Part shown: positions 22,229 through 28,655 of the stretch, piece by piece
How the letters are laid out: each line of letters starts with the position of its first letter
Numbering within the stretch: the stretch's first letter is position 1
Assembly: GCA_010909165.1 (NCBI GenBank)
Contig: VJWM01000373.1
Span: 1-28,655, forward strand
Source of the DNA: Anthoceros angustus
Taxonomy: Eukaryota; Plantae; Anthocerotophyta
Direction: 5' to 3'
DNA length: 28,655 nucleotides
Program-made: the position numbers and the translations under genes
The notes under the pieces: model-generated
Databases searched by the model: none
What the model was told of the DNA's origin: nothing
Seen by the model: only the letters and a program-made list of their open reading frames with translations

Positions 22229-22808
22229 TGTTAACATGCATATATGCTACAAAGTGATAGATAGCATGTGTACTAATGGGATGATCCATTGGCGGATCTA
22301 GCGGAAAACTTGAGATGGATGAAAGCGACACAAGAGGAAAGTGGAAGGGCAAGAGCAAGGTGGTAGCAGAGAGTAGTGGAAAAGAAAGTAAGTAGGAATA
22401 GGAAGTAGGTTGCTCCTATTTATAAGGACAAAGTTTTTTTTTTTTACTTAAAAGAAACTATGTGGTTGTAGGGATGGACAAGTGTGTGGGCACGGATCAC
22501 TTGAGGATTGCTATCCCACAAAGAGTGGTCCCTGAAGCAACAAGGACAGGATATGCAATACCTGGCTGCTATCTTCCTATGGGAAGTTTGATGAAAGCTA
22601 CCCACTTGATATGCCCTGGGGATAAGGATAGTTACTATGCCCCAGCAGAATATGTTTGCCATAAGAAAGGAATCAAAATGGTATGGTTGGGAGCTGCCCC
22701 ATGTGTTGAGTATGAAGGACACACTAAGCACACTTATAGTAAGTACCCTAATGCCATTTATGACTTAAATAGCATTTAATAATTTATTTATTTATTTTTA
22801 TATTAACA
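22229..22808 (-). repeat. orphan LTR-like sequence (580 bp) of a further family
   Basis: Inverted termini TGTTAA...TTAACA and a minus-strand TATA box CCTTATAAATAGGAG (~22413-22427). No match to other LTRs in the window and no target-site duplication (CGGTA vs TGACT). Confidence 0.6.
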
Positions 22809-22984
22809 TGACTCCTAAATTTTGTGAATAGGATCTGCGGGCATTGGAGCGAAGCTCGGGAATACTATGAAGACTATTTAGAAATAGAAGAGGAACTTGA
22901 TCATTTGGACAAACCGTGGCTTGTAGCCAAGGTTAACTTTTAGTTGCCCACTTATGTTCCTCTATAGCTAGTGAGTTAGTGGCT

Positions 22985-25900
22985 TAGACTTGATATCTAG
23001 TATCCCTAAACTCTTCATGTGTTTCTATGTAAATCACGACCTAATGACTTGGTTAATATATCGGCGGATTTTCCGAGTTTGGATGTAATTTATGTCTATT
23101 GTTTTGTTTTCTAGCATTTCACGAATGTAGTGGTATTCAATTGCTATGTGCTTTGTTAGTGGAAGGACGGATTTCTAGCTAGGGCTATGGCCCCTTGACT
23201 ATCAACGAACAAAGGTGTGGGATTATGTTGGGGTGACCAAGTTCGCCCAAAGCTAACCTACACCAAACTATATCTTTTGAGACCGAGGTTAGGACTCTAT
23301 ACTCGGACTCGGTGGATGACAAAGCAATTGTAGGTTGTTTCTTACTTGACCAAGAGATTGGAGCACCTCCCAATAGTAGAACATAGCGGATCTGATTCGG
23401 TGTCCGGATCAAGCATAGTCGATCGATATCGTTAGGATTAAATTGGGTATGCGGGTTTGTACTAAGTCAATCCAATGTGCATAGTTCCTTTGAGGTATCG
23501 AAGATACGTTTGGTGATAGCCAATGTTCCTTCTGTGGTTCTCTAGGAATGTGAACATGCACTAACTTTAAAAGAAATGTCTGGTCTAGTGAAGTTACTTA
23601 AGTAAATCAAAGTGCCAACAGCATGTCTATATGGTACTGCTGACATTTCATGCTTCTCCATATCTGTTTTAGGGCTCATATCTGCGGTGAGCCTAATGCC
23701 ACTAGCAAAGGAGGTAGTGGCTGGCTTAGCTTCTTCTAGTCCAAATTTTGTTAAGCTCTCTTTAATATGCTTAGTCTGAACTAACCTTAGAGTTTTGTTG
23801 CCTCTATCCCTGATAATATTAACGCCAAGGGCATAAGTCATCTCTCCGAGATCACCATCTCAAAATGACTTCGTAACCATGCCTTGATTTCACTAGGAGG
23901 ATAAGGAAGATGAGGCCATAAACAAGTCTCGACATAAAGTAGAAGGTAAATTATATCACTTCGATTTCAATATGTACATGCTAGCATCGGCTTTGCTTCG
24001 TTTGAAGCCACGATTAACTAGCTTGACATGTATGACATTCCATTCTTTGCGATTGCTTGAGCCATAAATGCACTTAATAAGTTTGCACACCCAATCTTCC
24101 TTTCCTTGACCTCATAGCCTCTGTCTCATATAGATCTCCTCTTGTAGACGTCCATGCGGTAAGCTCTTGACATCCATCATGTGGAGGTGAAGGTCATGTT
24201 GTGTGGTTAAGGCTAAGATCATTCTTAGGGAGGCAAACTTGGCAATGCATAAGTGGCATGGGGTAGATAATCTAAACCGAGGATCCGGTAAACCCTCTAG
24301 CCACTAATCGTGCCTTGTATCTCTCAATGGAACCATCACCCTTTCGTTTGATTTTGAATACCCACTTGCTAGTCACTATTTTTCGCCTTAGGTGGTTTCA
24401 CCAATTCCCATGTCGAGTTTTTAACTAATGAGTTATACTCGAATCTCGCTACTTTCCACAAGTCTTTCTGGAGAGGAAAATGCTTGTTTCAAGGTCGAGG
24501 TTCTTGGGATCAGTGGCTTTATAGCTGGTGAAAAGGGAGAAGGAGAAATAGGATCATCAAAGGTAGCAAGGTATCCTGTGGGTGGTTCTTTCCATCCGCA
24601 GTCCCGAAATAATGGTCTAGTTCTCGGGTTGTACCTTGTGCGTTGTTCATCATCAAGCGACCTCTTCATGAGCTGGTTCGATATAGGAGAAGCAGGCTCA
24701 TCTTCGACCAGATAATCATCCTCAAGAGGTTCTTGATGTCCTCGCCGGGGATGTCCTCAAGGTGTTGAGGTTCTTGATCGGGATCCGAGTCGTGGAGTCG
24801 GCGCGAGGATATGTAGCTCCTCCTCCTCCGCAGATAGGTGCAACAATGAGCAGGAGCAGGACAATATGTTGAGTTATGAAATCATGATCATCAAAAGATG
24901 AATACTCGGTGTTCTGAGGAAGAACATCATGAGGAGTGTCATGAGGAGCTCCCACAAGGTGAAAGTATATGGGACTCATTAAAAGTGACACTCCTGGCAT
25001 ATAAGAGCTTCCTGTAGCAGGATCAAATAGTTTGTATCCTTTGATGCCTTCTGTAGCCAATGAAAGTATACTTGGCCTTAGGATCTAGCTTCTTATTTGT
25101 GCTTTAGGTATAAAGACATAAGCGGAGATCCAAAAACTCGAAGATGGTCGATTGAAGGCTTCCTACCAATAAAGGCTTCATAAGGTGTCATACCTTGACC
25201 TTGCAGATGTCGGTCTATTGATGAGATAGGTTCTTTGAAAGCATGGCCTCACCAATAAGTCTTGGATAATTTAGCTTGGGAGAGCAAGCAACCTGTGATC
25301 TCTTGAAGGCGTAGGTTCTTATTCTCTGCTACGCCATTTTGCTGAGGGGTATGTACAAATGTGAGTTGTTGAGATATGCCTTCAGCTCGACAAAAATCAG
25401 CAAATTCATGAGATGTAAACTCTCCTCCATTGTCGAACGGAGGGTCTTGAGTTTTTGTCTCTCTGCCCACATCATGTAGTCCTTGAAAACCGAAAGGCTT
25501 GGCTTTTGTGTTTCGGGATGTATGTGAGGACAAAGCGAGAATAATCATCTATGAATGTTAAGAAATATCAACGGTAAAGGATGGTGCGAAATAGGGCCGC
25601 AAATGTCTGTGGACCAACTCAAGGGCTTGTGTGGGAGAGTGGTTGTGGAAGGGAGCTGGTGCCTTTTGGTGGTGACACAGCTTCGCACTGTGATAGGTTC
25701 TATCTTGGATAGGGAAGGTGTTCTATAAAAATTTCCCTTAGACATTTGGATGAGTTTTTGGCTATTAGGATGACCTAGTCGGCAATGCCAAAGTGTGGTG
25801 TTGGAGGAGGTGGCGGTGTGGGTGGCTACATTCATGCTATGTAAGGGACCCACTTGGACGGATAGTTTACATAGGCCGTCCTCTAGTGTGCCGGAGCAGA

Positions 25901-27240
25901 TATTATGGAACTTACTTGTGAGATGGGAAATAAGACAACTATCTCATGAAGAATGACTTGCATGCTATGTTAACATAAGCTAGCGAGACACTAGATTTTT
26001 ACACATGGATGGTACGTGAAGGACATGGGAAGAGAGAGAACTTGGCACGAAGAAAACAAGAACCTACACGGAGATGGGAGGTTGTGATCATCGCCGAGGG
26101 GCTCGGTGTCCTGTGGGCGAATAAGACTCAAAAGAGTTTTTGTTGTGACAGATATGTGATGTAGCTCCATCTAAATACCAATATTGGTTTGATGGCTTTG
26201 ATGATGCCATGCGACTGAGAGCTGCCGGTGTTGTGGAAGATTGTTTCTTCACTACAACATGCTCCAGGCGGCCTCCTTCCTAGGCTCGTTCTTCTTTTCT
26301 TCGTCCTTCTCCATATGGTTGAATTACCAATTACAAATAACCGTCTTCTTATTACCTCTTGCAGTCTTTGAAGAGGCAGTATTCACCTGTGAATATTGGT
26401 TGGGATTGGGTCGTGAAGAAAGCAGTCCTCTCGCGACCTCGGCCTCGACCTCTTCCTCTACCCCTTCCGGTGAACATCACTGCTCTGGTTGATCGATTCA
26501 TGTCGGACTTTGGTCCTCCTGTATGATTGCTCCAATCAATTCGGTGGCGCTTAAATCCAAGCGGCATCACCGAGGCTTCATGATTCTCCGAGGTTCGGAA
26601 CGCATTTTGAGTAGTCACGAAGCCACAGGAGGAGGGTGGTAGAGGCGAGAAGAGTCATGAAGCATTGTTCGTCAACTTGGTGCGGATCGCTTCAAGGTTG
26701 GACTTGGCGATTCGAAAAATGCTGATATGATTATCAATGGAGTCATTCTCTCTCATCTTGAGATTATGAAAATTGCGGGGAGCTGACAACAAGCTCATTA
26801 CATCCTTAGATGAATATAACTGGGCAAGGCGGTCCCACATGTCCTTGGAGGAATCGGCTTCAGAAACTTGGCGAACCATGGATTTAGTAAGTCCACTCAC
26901 TAGAATATCTTGGGCCTTGATCCTTATTGTCCCATTCTTCTAGAGTCGAATCCCACATGGGACGATCATTGGAACCACTCACTATATCCCATAGTTCACA
27001 TCAATACTCCTTTCATGCGAATACTCCATACATCATATCCTTTTCCATTGAATCTATCCTTTTCCTTAAAGCTATCTCCATGAACCATCGTTGGCGTCTT
27101 TGGATCATGTTTGAGTTTTTTTTTTCTTTAGCCTTTTCCAACTCTTCTTCTCATCTTCAAGCCATTTGGCCTTTTGCTCCTCTAGCCTTTTAACTTTTCA
27201 AGTTGATTAATATCGAGTCGTCAACATTCACTCCAGCCAT
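22985..27240 (-). pseudogene. gag-pol: copia gag-pol polyprotein of element E, frameshifted
   Basis: ATG 27240 MAGV; SSKDMWDRLAQLYSSKD; WYLD-GATSHIC (~26150-26180); LWHCRLGHPNSQKL; DNGGEFTS...TPQQNGVAE; KGYKLFDP; RT YKARLVARG (~24300-24320), YALGVNIIRDR, VPYRHAVGTLIYL..TRPDI; RNase H ISWSSKKQPTIALSSTESEY, KHIAIEYHYIRE, ADILTKSL. Confidence 0.95.
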
Positions 27241-27299
27241 CGCGGTGAGTTCAAAATAGGCGATTAATTTGTCCGATAGGCGCAGTTTCCGATCGCGGG

Positions 27300-27921
27300 T
27301 GGAGAAAGGACATGCATTCGAGCGGATCATCTCGCTTGCCAGCTATATTTCGAATATATCTCATCATCAAAATCAGAATCTCCTTTGGGAAGGAGCCTAT
27401 CTAGATGATCTCGAATATTGCTAATTTCTTGTTGCAAAAGGCAAAATTAGAATGATTGGATTTTGGGTAAGTCTAATGTTACTCTTTATGCAACCAAGAG
27501 TTTCTAGCAAATTATTCAAGCCGGGAAATGAAGGGCCAGCAACCAAGTTAGGAATATGTTGAAGAGCTAATTGGATTGCAGAAACTTGCAATAAATCAAA
27601 AGAGGTAAGTAGCTCTTGTCTAGCAAGTCTAATCAAATTCCCTTGATCTGGTGACTTAATCAAAATAGATCCAATGAAATTAGCAACTTGTTTAGAGACT
27701 ACTTCAAGCTCTTCACAGCCATGCACTTTGTTGTTTTTGTGGTCCTTCTGCTTCTCTTGCCTTGTGACCTTGATATTTCTCCAAACTCCTTGTTTAGTGG
27801 GATTTGGTGAATTCATGGTGCAAGGGCAAGGATTTGATGCACAAATTGTGCATCCTTCAAAGCATGATGTTGAGCTTGATCCATTTTGCTGCCAAAGGAG
27901 ATCTCCACATAGAAGTTCCAT
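27300..27921 (-). CDS. ORF0 of element E: extra upstream ORF of unknown function (166-aa open part 27421..27921 plus frameshifted tail)
   Basis: Sense ORF between PBS and gag, homologous to the leader of C (VANFIGSILIKSPDQGNLIRLAR, LALQHIPNL, ETL, IQSF, DSDFD). The true stop is uncertain. Confidence 0.72.
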
Positions 27922-28007
27922 TTAAAGATCTAATTGGAAAGGAAGCATAGGAGAATGGATGCCTTAGGAGGAAATAGGAAAGTAGCTCTAGCATCAAGAG
28001 CAAAGCT

Positions 28008-28018
28008 GCTCGATACCA
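28008..28018 (-). promoter_or_regulatory. primer binding site (tRNA-iMet) of element E
   Basis: Minus strand TGGTATCGAGC directly after the LTR end CATCA. Confidence 0.88.
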
Positions 28019-28283
28019 TGATGAAAATCATGCTAAGCTCTAGCATAAAAGATGCTTGCATTACAATGTATATATAAGAAAGTACAAAGCCTATTTATAG
28101 GCAAGGTGGTTAGGTGGTTAGCGGTTATAACCATAAGTTGTTATAACCATGTTGAACTAATATAACAACTAACCTCCTAGGACAACTAACTAAGTAACTA
28201 CTTAATGCCCTAGAGATAAATTAAAGCATAAGTAAAGGTGCCCTAGTGAATAGTGCCCTAAACTATATGTATTTTATCGAACA
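28019..28283 (-). repeat. 5' LTR of element E (265 bp)
   Basis: Minus strand TGTTCGATAAAATA...CATCA with TATA box CCTATAAATAGG. Similar to LTR 8750-8974. Confidence 0.85.
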
Positions 28284-28295
28284 CCCACTGGTGGG

Positions 28296-28655
28296 TGTCA
28301 AAACATGTCTTGAGTAAAAGCAGGCGTGAGGCGAGCATATAGATCTCGAGATAGTTGGAATTATAAATAATCGCAATAACAAAAATGTTTAAATACTATC
28401 GATGTGTCTATTGACCGAACAACCCTAAATCCATATAACCTAAATATGATTAAGCGCATTAGGTTTAACTTCACGCTAACACCCCTCTTAAACTAACCAC
28501 GGTTAATTTAACGCGAACCACGGGCGAGATACTTCCTAGGACCGAGCGGTGGGCATCACGAGAAAGTCTCGCTCGCGCCACGCTTAAACATAATCCGGTG
28601 GTTGGGCGGATCCGGCGAATATTCCTATTTCCCGAGGTCCAAGGAATTTACGGAA
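28296..28655 (-). mobile_element. 3' end of another LTR element (3' UTR, PPT 28482-28489, ~186-bp 3' LTR 28296-28481), continuing beyond the window
   Basis: Minus strand AAGAGGGG immediately followed by TGTTAG..., ending ...TTTTGACA at 28296. The left boundary is inferred. Confidence 0.6.

Larger units (their letters stand above)
22809..28283 (-). mobile_element. Ty1/copia element E, nearly full length (5' LTR, PBS, ORF0, gag-pol), 3' LTR missing
   Basis: All copia domains are in order on the minus strand. Related to element C. Confidence 0.93.

Noticed and set aside
22361-22371. TGGTAGCAGAG as a plus-strand PBS
   Set aside because: It is not preceded by an LTR-terminal CA, lies inside a minus-oriented LTR-like unit, and no gag follows.
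22444-22779. ORFs 22462..22779 (+) and 22444..22731 (-) as genes
   Set aside because: They lie inside an LTR-like unit, show no recognisable domain, and overlap on opposite strands.
1-28655. Assigning a species or named TE lineage (e.g. Lyco, Bryco, Selgy, Phygy)
   Set aside because: The plant-type iMet PBS and CHG-linked pattern suggest a plant, but lineage needs an RT/INT phylogeny that I cannot run.

Overview
This window is eukaryotic, plant-like repetitive DNA made almost entirely of nested, truncated LTR retrotransposons. No host gene, RNA gene or CRISPR array is supported. It holds five Ty1/copia elements: A (-, 1612-3124), B (+, ~3125-7878), C (+, 8750-11457), D (+, ~11458-14517) and E (-, ~22809-28283). 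It also holds the 3' end of a sixth LTR element at the right edge, an orphan LTR (22229-22808), three unclassified GC-rich segments, and the 3' half of a minus-strand Ty3/gypsy element (15441-~21870) whose LTR contains a triplicated ~885-bp unit. Three signals stand out. (1) The copia elements carry an extra protein-coding 'ORF0' between PBS and gag, conserved at amino-acid level with synonymous changes between C and E. (2) The gypsy integrase ends in a PHD finger, followed by ~1.6 kb of further sense-strand coding-like sequence with an AT-hook. (3) Frameshifts cluster at CAG/CTG/CG sites, so much of the apparent decay may be methylation-linked base-calling error. Internal domain coordinates are approximate and proteins were read by eye across frameshifts.
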